DNA of 61,086 nt, filler included, from Rhabdomonas costata (Eukaryota), in NCBI GenBank assembly GCA_019059605.1. It is 18 parts of 18 records of this genome, joined end to end, with 100 filler letters (N's around TTAATTAATTAA, not from the genome) between each part and the next. Parts side by side here need not be neighbours in the genome. Positions count along the whole stretch, not along the records: positions 1 to 3,287 come from JAHMHO010001054.1; positions 3,388 to 6,671 come from JAHMHO010001055.1; positions 6,772 to 10,059 come from JAHMHO010001056.1; positions 10,160 to 13,445 come from JAHMHO010001057.1; 14 more parts are not named here. One strand, written 5' to 3'. Below are positions 1-10,501 of the stretch, one piece after another. Position 1 is the first letter of the stretch; each line of letters begins with the position of its first letter. The notes beneath the pieces were generated by a model. It had not been told where the DNA came from, made no database searches, and was given only the letters and a program-made list of their open reading frames with translations. A program made the position numbers and the translations under genes.

Positions 1-83
1 TTGTTGGGGGGGTCCCCAAAATGCACTTGATGGGGGGTCACCATAACGCCCAGCGCCAAATTTCCCCAAATCAAGCATCCACT

Positions 84-513
84 TCACGCAAATGATGTCC
101 TCTCCCCACGGGCACTATATGCCACTGTAGAACCTACCACATGCTCACAGTCAGGATCGGACAAGCCTATATATCTTGCGGTCCGGATACGCAAGTCAGA
201 CGAACAACAAGAACAAAGAGCGTTCCTCCGTGGGTTTCTAATTGCTTTCTTCCCTTGACACGCACAAAAACGTCCACAATTGGCGATCACAGCCCCACGC
301 TCATATGGAAGATCCAGTCAACTGCCCGTAAACACATGCATCCCCACAGAACCGCAGGACGGGACCCAGCTCGTTCTCATCCAGCCTTCCATCCACGGCG
401 GCGCTCCGAAACGCGGCTTCCAGCGGAGCCTCGTCCACCCGGCTCGCCCCGACAGCCAGCAGGGCGTCCGAAGTGGAGGGAAACAAAGGGAGCGTGGCCG
501 CCATCTCGGACAA
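84..513 (-). CDS. Possible degenerate EF-hand/calmodulin-like fragment (spliced)
   Basis: LEAAFRSAAVDGRLDENELGPVLRF resembles helix-loop-helix AF...DG.L...EL..VLR; a downstream segment LSDPDCEHVV resembles the following linker. The loop is non-canonical. Confidence 0.25.
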
Positions 514-1561
514 CCCGCGGACACACTGAACCTCTCCCTCTCACGTTGGAGTGCTCTCCAAAAACCAAAGCGGAACCGTATGCCTGCGCACGTGTCGCGT
601 AGCTGAGAGGCAATGCCAGTTCACATCGAAAACAAAGATTAAAACCAGCCCGATCAAGAAGAATACTGTGCCAAGAACAGGCATATTCTTCGCCATACCG
701 ATGCGAGAACCCAGCCACATCCCTCGGATATTTACCGTCTAATTAAAGTTGAAAAAAGAGCCTTTCCCATGCCACAGGGACGGGCTGTGCTCTCCGCGTA
801 GTCTGGGGCTGTTCACTGCCGACCAATCAAATAACGACCCGGAAATCCCAGTTCCTCGGTAATGAGGAAAAATAATGCAGTTAGGTGGACTGGTGCTGAT
901 GTGACATGATCGCACGCTACAGATCAAAGTTCTTTTTGCCACCAAAAACTCAGAAAGCCACATTAGTATAAGAAAAGCGTTCGCCCCATATGGCTGCTAT
1001 GCAGAAAGCACGGTTCGTGAAATAAAACTGTTTATAGAAGCAGGAAATCAATACATCTGTGAAATCGCTTTTCGTTTAAGAGATTCTCCTCAGGAGTAGG
1101 GAAGCTGAGCCGAATTCTTCAGAAAAGAAGTAGGCATATACAGGACAAACTGTGGAGGGTGGGAGAGTGAAAACTGCAATAAACGGGTTGCTTGAACCCT
1201 CGCCCCAAACAAACACCACCGACAAGAGTGAGTCGGCATCAATGGCTCACCCCCGCCGACTGTGAAAGTTAGAATGCTAGTGCTCCCTGCATCTCTCCAT
1301 CTCTCCATTCGTTGGTCTGATGCAGGGAGGGGTTTACGGGGCACAGTAACGAGTCAGTGAGCTACTCTGCATCAACGCTAAACCTCAGAAGAGAACCCCC
1401 CCCCAGATTTAAAGGACTGGGAACTAGGTAAGCCTACCCTGGGAACTGGCGCTCCCCAGGTTGGATGGGGGTGGGGGTGCTGGCACTCACCTTGAAAGAT
1501 GCGCTTGAAAGGATGAACAGGTCGTCAGAAGTTGCAGGCAGCTGGGTTGCAGCACACCTCA

Positions 1562-2213
1562 CTGACATTCAACCTTCTCTTTACCATAACCGAAAGAGGA
1601 GGCGACGTAAAGAGGAGAGGCACCATTCACGCCCGCCTGGTTGACGTCCGCCTTATTGCGCAACAGGAGTGGTACAAGCTTGAAGTGGCCAGATCAGTTG
1701 CAATGGAAAGAGGAGAAAAACCATCCCCTCTGACCTGACTGATGTCCACCTTATTGCTTATCAAGAGCTTCGCGATCTTTCAGTGACCATTCCGTGAAGC
1801 GATGAAAAGTGGAGAAGCTGACCTGGTTGACGTCCGCCTTGCTCCGTAGCAAGAGCTTCGCAAGCCTGAAGTGACCATTCTGAGAAGCGAGGAACAGAGG
1901 AGAGGCACCGTCCCCGCTCGCCTGGTTGACGTTCGCCTCGTTGCGAATCACAAGCTCGGCGATATCGCTACGTCCACGCTCACACGCGATGCGAAGAGGT
2001 GAGACCCCATCCTCTCTGGCCTGGTTGACGTCCGCCTGATTGTCCAGCAAAAGTCCAGCAATCTCACGGCGAACATTCTGGGAAGCGACGTAAAGAGGAG
2101 ACGCACCATCCTGTTGAGCTTGGTTGACGTCAGCTCAACCACTAAGCAGAAGCTCCGCAAGTTCAAGCTTTCCGGTTTCCGAAGCGACCCAAAGAGCGGA
2201 GCAGCCATTTGAG
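1562..2213 (-). pseudogene. Ankyrin-repeat pseudogene (about 6-7 repeats)
   Basis: Repeats such as NGCSALWVASETGKLELAELLL, DGASPLYVASQN, DGVSPLRIACERG, DGASPLFLASQNGH, DGFSPL and NGASPLYVASSFG with ADVNQ linkers; interrupted by two in-frame TGA (about 2136 and 1782) and two frameshifts (about 1820 and 1692). Confidence 0.85.
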
Positions 2214-3287
2214 GTGAAGGGATGGAAACCCAAACTGTCTCTGCCTTTGCCACCATCTCCCGCACCATCTGCTGAGAGGGAAGCGCCTTAAAGGTGCCCT
2301 CAAGCACGACGTGGCGCAGGTGAGTCAGGGCCAAAACGATCATGAATTGCTCAAAAATAGCCAAAATTAGGGAAGGGGGAGGGGTGTGCAAAAAACGGGG
2401 AAAATAGGCGAAAAACCAGCCAAATCAAATTCGCATCTCTGTCTTCAAACAATAGTGGAATTAGGCAAAAAACAGGGGGGGGGTGTGATCTTTTTCCCAA
2501 AACATAGCCCAGCCCCTGAAAACCTTTCTCTCTCAACGACCTTCCCTTGCTCGCTTGTTAAGTCTTCAGGACCCAAAAATGGTCAAACTTCAACCTAAAA
2601 CGAACATAAAATGCTCAAAAATATCCTAAATTAGCGGGAGGGATGATTTGACTCTTTTGACTCTTTTTTGGGGACCCCCTGAAGACGTCACAAGGGAGTA
2701 AGGGAAGGTCATGCAGGGAGAAAGAATTTCATAGGGAGGGCTGTGCCTTCGGAATGGACAGGATCCTTCTTAAATTGTTTTTGTCACACATTATTGTGCC
2801 CCGGCGTCGCGCTAATATATATGGACCAGCTGAGCGAGAGACGGCCAACAAATGCAGAAGTACTTCCAAGCCACCAGCCCCAAGCTTGCAGGCAAAGATT
2901 AGGTCTCTGCGGCACGGGCCATGGCATAATATGGATATGCCTCACAGCCAAAAGAGAGGCAAGGGGGCTATGCAGGACGAAAGAGAGGGGGTACGCTCTC
3001 CCCACTCTGCATCCCGCACGACTCCCAAGGCCTGGGGGCCTAAGTTCTGAGGATTGCAAATATAGATATCAGACAGTTCGGTGCCAAATCGCGCCCATGC
3101 CTCCTTTTATTTTGACCACACTTGCACATTCAGCGAGGCCCTCAGTCCCACACATTGCACACCAAAACATACAACTAACCGAGTGCAATTCAACACAGAT
3201 TCCGAAAAAATGTCTTTGAGAACCACCCATACCCAACACAAATGCATCCCGGGAAACAACTGGAGCCCTTCCCATTCCCCACCACAA

Positions 3288-3387
3288 NNNNNNNNNNNNN
3301 NNNNNNNNNNNNNNNNNNNNNNNNNNNNNNNTTAATTAATTAANNNNNNNNNNNNNNNNNNNNNNNNNNNNNNNNNNNNNNNNNNNN
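3288..3387. other. Artificial contig spacer (N44-TTAATTAATTAA-N44); first of 17 identical spacers, the others starting at 6672, 10060, 13446, 17107, 20492, 23878, 27263, 30646, 34029, 37416, 40799, 44182, 47566, 50946, 54327 and 57707
   Basis: Identical 100-bp cassette with stops in all six frames recurring about every 3.38 kb; near-identical contig lengths (3280-3288 bp) indicate a length-sorted concatenation. Confidence 0.99.
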
Positions 3388-3953
3388 GGGTTGGGTGGTG
3401 TGTGGTGGCTTGTCTGGCGTGGAGCGGTGTACTGGACTGGAGTGGACTCGGCCGCTGTGACCTTTGGACGTGCGGGAGCCATGGCTTCGTGTGAGCTGGT
3501 TGTTTGTGCCTTCTTGCGGGGTATTGGAAGTGTCATTTTGCGTTATTTCGTACCCCCAAGTCGTCCCCTGGTCAAGTCCCATGCGCTAAGCGGGTATGTC
3601 TGCGGCGATTAGATAAAATAGCCTCCTTCAGTTGATACCGGCCCCGTGGAAAACCTCTCTTCAGCCAATTCAAGTTATCGTAAGCATTCGTCACCGACCT
3701 TTCGAACATGAAACCTTTTCCCGCCAGCATCCATGCCATGGAATCCCTCCACCATTTGGTTAGGGCTTGAGCTTCCGCGAGGCTTTTTCATTAGTAGTTT
3801 CTGGAACCCAGAGCCGTTTGCCGCCCAAAACTATTATTTTTTTTTCGGGATGCGATGCGCTCACTTCCCCGCACCGGATTTTCCCGCCGTGTTAGCTTTT
3901 TATTTTTATTTTTGGGCGTTACCGCGGGTTGGGTTCGTTGGTCGTGACCACGG

Positions 3954-6230
3954 ATGAAGAGGCGGAACACTCTGCGGGGGCCCACCGTTTGCCGGGTAAA
4001 GGGTCATCCCTTGGAGTACTCCGTCCATCTCTGCCCCAGGCATGCCTTTGCATGTGTGTGCAGTTGGTGAGATCGGTGCGTCGCTCTCTTTTTCTTGCAT
4101 CAAATTTGCGCAAAGTCCGCTTTTCTGTTTGGTATCCGTTTAATGCAAAAGGTCCTGGCTTTGGAACCGACGTTTAAATGCTTTGAATTGGCTTTCGCGC
4201 CTTTCCCTTCCCTTCTGAGCGCGTGATGCCGCCGCCTGTTCTCCTGATCGTTGGCCTTCGGGGACGTTTTGCTGGCCTGTATCACCACATAATTTTATCT
4301 TTTGGAGCTCTGCCTGCCCATGGGTAGTGGCCATAGTGCCCGGAAAATCTTCCTGCCGGCACCGAATCGGGCCGCGGATGTCCTGGAGGCTGTTTTGGCT
4401 CGTTCTTTTTTTTTCGGGATTAAGGGTCTTTTATCCTTTTTTATCTTTTCCGCCCTGCATGCAGTCTACTGAGTATACTGAGTTTCTCGGCATGCCTTCC
4501 CATAAGAGAAAGAACTGCACCATTCGCTTGTACCCACATCGGTTTTCCAGCAAGGATGCATCGTTTTGCAGTTTTCATCTTTCGATCCCTTTGAGAAAAG
4601 CCTAGGGCGCCCTTTCGGATGTCCTCGTGGTTCTCGCGGTGGCCTTTTTGAGCTGGACATTGCCGCCCTGCGACCAGCTACTGGTGGTGGTGTTTTTCCT
4701 CACAGGTCCCTTGGGCGTGAGCTGCAGGCGATCTTCCCCAGCACCGTGGACCTCCGCTCGCTGCTCATCGTGGTGACCTTCCAGCCCCGTCTTGCCCCTT
4801 GGTGACGTTCACCGAGGAGACGGAGCGGCAGAAGAATGAGAAAGTGGAGATCTTCGAGCAGTGGCATCTCCTCGCTACCCCCCCCCCCCCCCGCCTTTTC
4901 ATTTCTTCTCATTTGCCTTCGTTTCCTCTTTTCCTTGCAATTTCTTTGAGTACAATGCAAGGTGCTTCTGCGAAGCGGCCGCCAATCAGTCTGTAATTTA
5001 GCTTGGGACAGATTTTCGAAGGAGTGGGGTGGATGAACAGTGTGGGGCCACAGAAGAAGAATTGATCGAAACTTGCTTTTTCTAAACCATCCCAGCAAAA
5101 AAAATCACTGGTCCTCTAATGCAGTCGCCGGCCCTCCAGTGCAATATTCCAAGTTCTCTTTCCTCCTTTTCTCCAATATCTCCACGATTTGTTTCTGTAT
5201 GCAAGCCCGCTATGCTGTCTGAAGTGTTGATGTGGTATGTTGGAAAACCACGCCGTGGACAGCACGGAAGAGGTAGCAGAAAGAGTGTACGATTCATGGA
5301 CATGACCGGATTGCCCCCGTTCTTTTCGATGTCGTTCTTGGCTCCTGCCATCGCATCGCTCTGCATTCGTGCTGGTGAGTGGGGCGGCTGTGACTTCCAC
5401 TCCAACTTCAGTCGGTTTCACGTACCTTCTGGTTCTTCGGATGCCCTTGCCTGCCTACAAGCGTGGGGTATGCATCCTCTTTTTTTTTACAGGGCTGGGG
5501 CTGTGGTACAGCGGCTGGCGCGGGAGGGGCAGTGGGCGGACTACACGGACCCCGTCTCGGGGTTCCCGAAGCTCTCCGCGCGGGGCGCACACGCCTTCAG
5601 CGACGTCTACGCCATGGAGCACCTGGTGACGTATGAGCTGGAGCAGATTTGCGCGGCTGGCGGGGGCTGCCGGGTGTGGTGCACCCGAAGTGGAAACTCG
5701 GTGTGCCGAGAGTTTCGCTTGCGTTTGAAATATGGAACATGACCCTGCACTGTAAAGGCAAAGGTTTAGGACTGCAGGATATGGTTCTTGGGGATGACAA
5801 CAGCAGTGAACAAGAGTGAACTGCTCTTACAGTTTTGCGCAGTCTGCAATTCCTTAGCTCTTAGCTTCCCTTCCGGTAATGTTAGGCTGAAGAATTTTGT
5901 GGTCAGAGGTCAGGGCTTCTTTCACAGAGGGGGGGGGGGTACCGTGCCAAAGCACGGCACCGATGATTGCAGCAATCCTTCCGAATTTAAGACATTCTTC
6001 ATTTCCGAACGTTAACCCCTCCTCCTTCTCCCAATGTCCTGGAAGTTAAGTTTGGGAAGGCATGGGCTTGGAATCCTTCTGCTCCCCGTGCTTGCTTTTT
6101 CCTTTAAAAAAAAACAGGCTGCTATCCTGCGACAGCCTTCACCACGGCGCCCCCGGACCGCCTATTGAGCGTGCTGGATGAACTTTTTCCGGACAGTGTC
6201 TCGACGGTCCTGCAGGACAGCGGTAGCTAG
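3954..6230 (+). CDS. MMADHC: MMADHC/CblD-like cobalamin trafficking protein; exons 3954-4039, 4706-4863, 5493-5700, 6118-6230; two apparent 1-nt deletions
   Basis: Spliced product contains LEYSVHLCPRSLGRELQAIFP, IVVTFQ..LVTFTEETERQK, FEQWAGAVVQRLAREGQWADYTDPVSG and GCRV.VHPKWKLGCYPATAFTTAP, matching the WADxxDPxSG and HxxW...FTxA motifs of the family. Confidence 0.85.
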
Positions 6231-7714
6231 CGGAAACCCCATGGGGCCTCTGCCGTGTGAATGCACTTCCCCCACATATAACTCCTTCGGAAGGGCCCAG
6301 TAGTGGCTCGCTGTCCGAGGTTTAACATTGCCCTCCTGCATGTCCCTGTCTTGTCTGCCTGCGGTGAACGTCTCTCATCGCTGTGTACAATATGCCATCG
6401 ATCACCATAAATCGGTTTGCCCGTTATTATACGGGCAGGCATCATGTTGCAGACTTGTTACAGATCATTGCCTGCTCAGTTGCTGGGGACCAAGTCAAAA
6501 GCTCCCCTGTGCATTGTGCGTCGCGGCCGATCCAGCGAGTGGTTTCTAGTGGTTTCTTTCTATTAGGTGTATTCCTGCAGGTTCGCAGGAAATCAACACT
6601 GTGCTACGTATCAAGACGAGAATATAATCCACCCGCTGCCTTCCGTGGGAGCAATGCCACCCCCAAACCCCNNNNNNNNNNNNNNNNNNNNNNNNNNNNN
6701 NNNNNNNNNNNNNNNTTAATTAATTAANNNNNNNNNNNNNNNNNNNNNNNNNNNNNNNNNNNNNNNNNNNNTGTTTTTGGTGGCAAGATGCTGTGATGGT
6801 GGCTCTGGTGTCCGCAATGCCCTCCTCCCCTACGGTGTGATGGTGGTGACAGGATGCATAGCGCTAGAAATCCTGATGCTGTCACCCTATGCAGCACTGC
6901 CACCAACATCCGATGCACTGGTTGGCTGGGTCGGTTATGCATCACCATTGCTGGTTAGCTGACGCCACCATTAGTGTAGGGTTGGCATATCACCACCAGT
7001 CACTGCTGGGACTGTCATCCACCACTAGCTGGCATCTTGACATGTGTGGCTAGTTGTTGCATCACTACCGGCAGCATTGCACCACCTGTAGGGCATCTAT
7101 CATCACCATAACCGCTGGGTTGAGCCTTGGCCTGACCTTCTAGCTGCCTCCGGAGGGGTTCACCGGTCATATCCGTGACGTGGACTAAGCGACTCCTGAC
7201 ATCATGCCATACTCATAACTATGCTATGCGTGTATAGTCATAGTTACACTATGGTAGATGTGTCAACCAGTGGTTGTTTAGAGCCATTGAACCACTGGCG
7301 CTATCGTGAGATAATGTCACCATAGGACTGGTTACAGATTGTGTTCGCTGTTGTACGACGAGTGTGCTCCAAACATTGCCGTTGATGCGGATCCGGTGGC
7401 CTGGTCATCCTGGCCTTCCTGTCGATCCTCATGTGGGGGCGGTCTGGACTTCCTGACATCTTCGTTCCCATGCTTGTCGAGGTTGTTATCACTGTCATTG
7501 CTCACGGCTAGTTTCTTCCTTCGGTGGTTTACTCTTTCTTACCTCTCGCCTCCCGCAGGGCTTCTTGCGCAATTGGACATCACGAATGACGTCATATACC
7601 CCATCAGATATTCCACACACCCGAAATTCGCGACCCAGGAAATCCCGACACCCGAAAATGCACACACTCAAATCCAGTCCCGACAATCCAAAGAACGGTA
7701 CATCACAAATTAGC

Positions 7715-8545
7715 ACACAGTACTACAACAACACCAACACAACACCAATACCAACACCAACAGCAACACCAACAGCAACTCCACGAATCCTGACATCCGA
7801 ATGCACTGCGCACCACGATCCCCACATTTGCACTCACTCCAACTCCAAAATCCAACCAACAGAAGTGGCAACCGTGACACCAACTGTACTCTCAACGCCC
7901 ATTCCCACACCCACAATTGCACCGAAACCAACATCCAACTCCCGATCACCACCAAAACACATACCCCCGAATCGCACAGTACAACACACACCACCACCAA
8001 CCCTCACACCCAACACTACCATGCGTGAAACCATTGCAGAACACCCACCCTTACGCTCACACTTTGACCCAAACAAAAGCACCCAAATCGCAGACACCAA
8101 CATCGCTCCAACCCACACCCCAACACCACGCACACCACCCACACCCCAAGACCAAAAATCAGCACCCACACCTCAACAACGCCAAGCAATGCACACCGGG
8201 AGACGGAGACGCAACACCGGCCGACGACAGTCCGACAAACAAACACACCAAGACCCCAAGCCCTGACACCACACGCTACCAACCACACCCAAGCAGCCAC
8301 CACCCACCACACAACACACAACACAACAAGCCCAACCACCAAGACCCAACACACACAACCCAACCAACGACAAGCGCACACAAAGCCCACAAAGCCCACA
8401 ACTTGACCCAACACCCGCCTCGCCGACCAACCCAAGAGGAGAAAACAAATAAAGCCACGCCAAGCCCACACACCCCACATACCAACAACACAATACCCAC
8501 CAAGCCCAGAGCCAGCACCAACAAGAACCCACCAGAAGCCAAGTA
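7715..8545. repeat. C/A-rich low-complexity tract (long P/T/H-rich ORFs on +, V/G/W/C-rich on -)
   Basis: Strong CA strand bias with ACC/ACA/CACA units; the long ORFs are explained by stop depletion. Confidence 0.7.
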
Positions 8546-8752
8546 CACCCCCAGTTTCTGCTCCGCGACTGTGTTATGGTCGCCCATCTGCTTGGACCAG
8601 CAAAAAAAAGAGCCAGCGAGCCTTGACAAAAAGGTCCCCATTTCCCCTTATCAAGAGAAAAAAGGTGGCTGCGACACCAACAACTAACCCTGGACAGAGT
8701 CTCGGGTCGTTCCGCTCTGCTTTACTCCCCACCACAAAAAGTCAAGCGGTAC

Positions 8753-9724
8753 CTTCTTCCTGGCGGCCGCCAGGTCAACCTCCGTGTTGCGCAGGGTGTT
8801 CCGCAGGCCCTCGGCCTGCTCTGTGGAGGACCGCGCCGCCCTCTCGTGCTGGACCACCTGGTTGACCAGAGTGTCGTAGTTAGCCCGGACCCGGTCGTGG
8901 TCAACTGGGGCGCAAAAGAGCAACCGCACCACAGCAATGATTTCAAATGAAACTTCTGTTTGCGCACGGATTAGTAAAAGAATGCTCGGAAACACGCACT
9001 CATCGCAGAGGGGTCTGCACAGCAGTCCGGAGTACTATCATGCAAATGGTATGGGAGGAGATTCCGATCGGTTTTCATAATGACGAACGACGGAAATCAT
9101 CGCACACTCGCACATTCGTTGTGGAATCGAACCGAATCACAGAAAAAAACAGAGCAAAACACAAACAGGAAGTCGGTGGTGGTGCGATTGTTATTCGAAT
9201 CCGAAGTCATGAACAAGAATATGATAAAGCCATAGAAACTTTCTGACAAGGACGTGCGGATTATCTACAGGGCCGTGGAGAGTTTGAGGAGAGAGGATTG
9301 GCCGCAGAAGTAGCGACTAGTAGCAGCGAGTAGGAAGGAGGAAGGGAGCGGGAGAAAAGTGACTTGTCAGCGAGGACAGCCGCAGAAGGGCCTTCTGCAG
9401 CTGAGCCTCGAGCGACGCGCTCTGTGTGTGGGAGCTCGCCAGGTCCGCGATGCGCTGCTGGAGTCCCTGTTTGGAACGCACAGGAATGGAATGGCAAATA
9501 CTCACAAGTCCACCTTTACAGGCTAACTTTTTTTTCAATAACTTCGAATATTTTTTTGAGGCGGCCAGCTGTTTAAAACAAAATGGGTGAATGGACCACC
9601 ACATTCTTCGGCCCACCTGCCTCTCGGCCAGGAGTTGGTCCACGCTTCCCTGCAGGACACCATCGGGGTGCTCCATCGCTGCTTTGTTGCCCGCTTCGGA
9701 AGGAAGGGCATGCCGCAGCTTTTC
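8753..9724 (-). CDS. Coiled-coil protein, three internal exons (9724-9617, about 9466-9364, about 8904-8753)
   Basis: Phase-compatible GT-AG exons encoding GSVDQLLAERQ / GLQQRIADLASSHTQSASLEAQLQKALLRL / DTLVNQVVQHERAARSSTEQAEGLRNTLRNTEVDLAAARKK with a heptad pattern. Confidence 0.6.
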
Positions 9725-10501
9725 CTATGGGACACAAACACAGAAATATGAGACCCCCCTCCCGTGGATGATGAGCTGTCAACGTGTCAACGTGAGTGGA
9801 GCGCACAACCCGCTGGCGGGTGTGTACTTCGATCCCCTGGCATCTGAGCATCCCTTTTGCGAGTGCCCCGATTCTGCTGGCTGATATGACACATTGACGC
9901 ATTCGCTCGCTGTCGTTTTGTCGTCATGCGTGTGTGTGTTGGGCGCGGCTGGATGCTGACTGATGGTGACTACTGTGGACTGTCGGGCGCATGCGCTGTT
10001 AGCCACGGGTACTTGTGGAAGATACCTTCGGAGCGTATCGTGGTGATGAACAACAACCCNNNNNNNNNNNNNNNNNNNNNNNNNNNNNNNNNNNNNNNNN
10101 NNNTTAATTAATTAANNNNNNNNNNNNNNNNNNNNNNNNNNNNNNNNNNNNNNNNNNNNGGTTTGGGGTTAAGAACCCGTGAAAGGGGAAGGGAAAGGGG
10201 AGCCAAAGGCGACAGAGGAACGAGTTACGTGGGGTGGGTGTACCCTTCTTGGCGTTCGTGTGTGGTGCCGTGTGACACTCTTCCATAGGCTTTTTTGCAA
10301 CGATGCACCACAACAGCATTTTGCTTGCACAGCTGTGCATGGAGGTGGGGAAGGAGAAGACTTTTTTGAGGACCACCGCCCCCATGGCGAACCGATGGCA
10401 GGTCGGCAGACAAGGCGGGGGCATTCACCGACGAGGAGGGGAAGGAAAGGGAAGAGGATCTTTATGAGAGAATCGCCCAGCGCAATGCGCCTGATCTGGT
10501 C

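Noticed and set aside
1780-2140. In-frame TGA codons (ankyrin gene; also the hslU 5' region) as evidence of stop-codon reassignment
   Set aside because: The ankyrin gene also has frameshifts, Trp is encoded by TGG in conserved motifs, and TGA terminates the histidine phosphatase CDS
3388-3410. G/T-only starts and C/A-only ends on most contigs as telomeres or nanochromosome ends
   Set aside because: No fixed repeat unit, and genes are cut mid-intron or mid-exon at these ends; consistent with untrimmed low-complexity library tails
3829-3850. CTATTATTTTTTTTTCG as a euglenid spliced-leader relic
   Set aside because: Only the low-complexity T-run end matches; the distinctive 5' part is missing
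7399-7445. WSSWPSCRSSCGGG resembling a thrombospondin type-1 motif
   Set aside because: The following RxRxC half of the domain is absent and no clear exon boundaries were found; probably chance
7565-8687. Long overlapping ORFs of 233 and 256 aa
   Set aside because: Explained by CA-rich low complexity that depletes stops in several frames; no domain motifs
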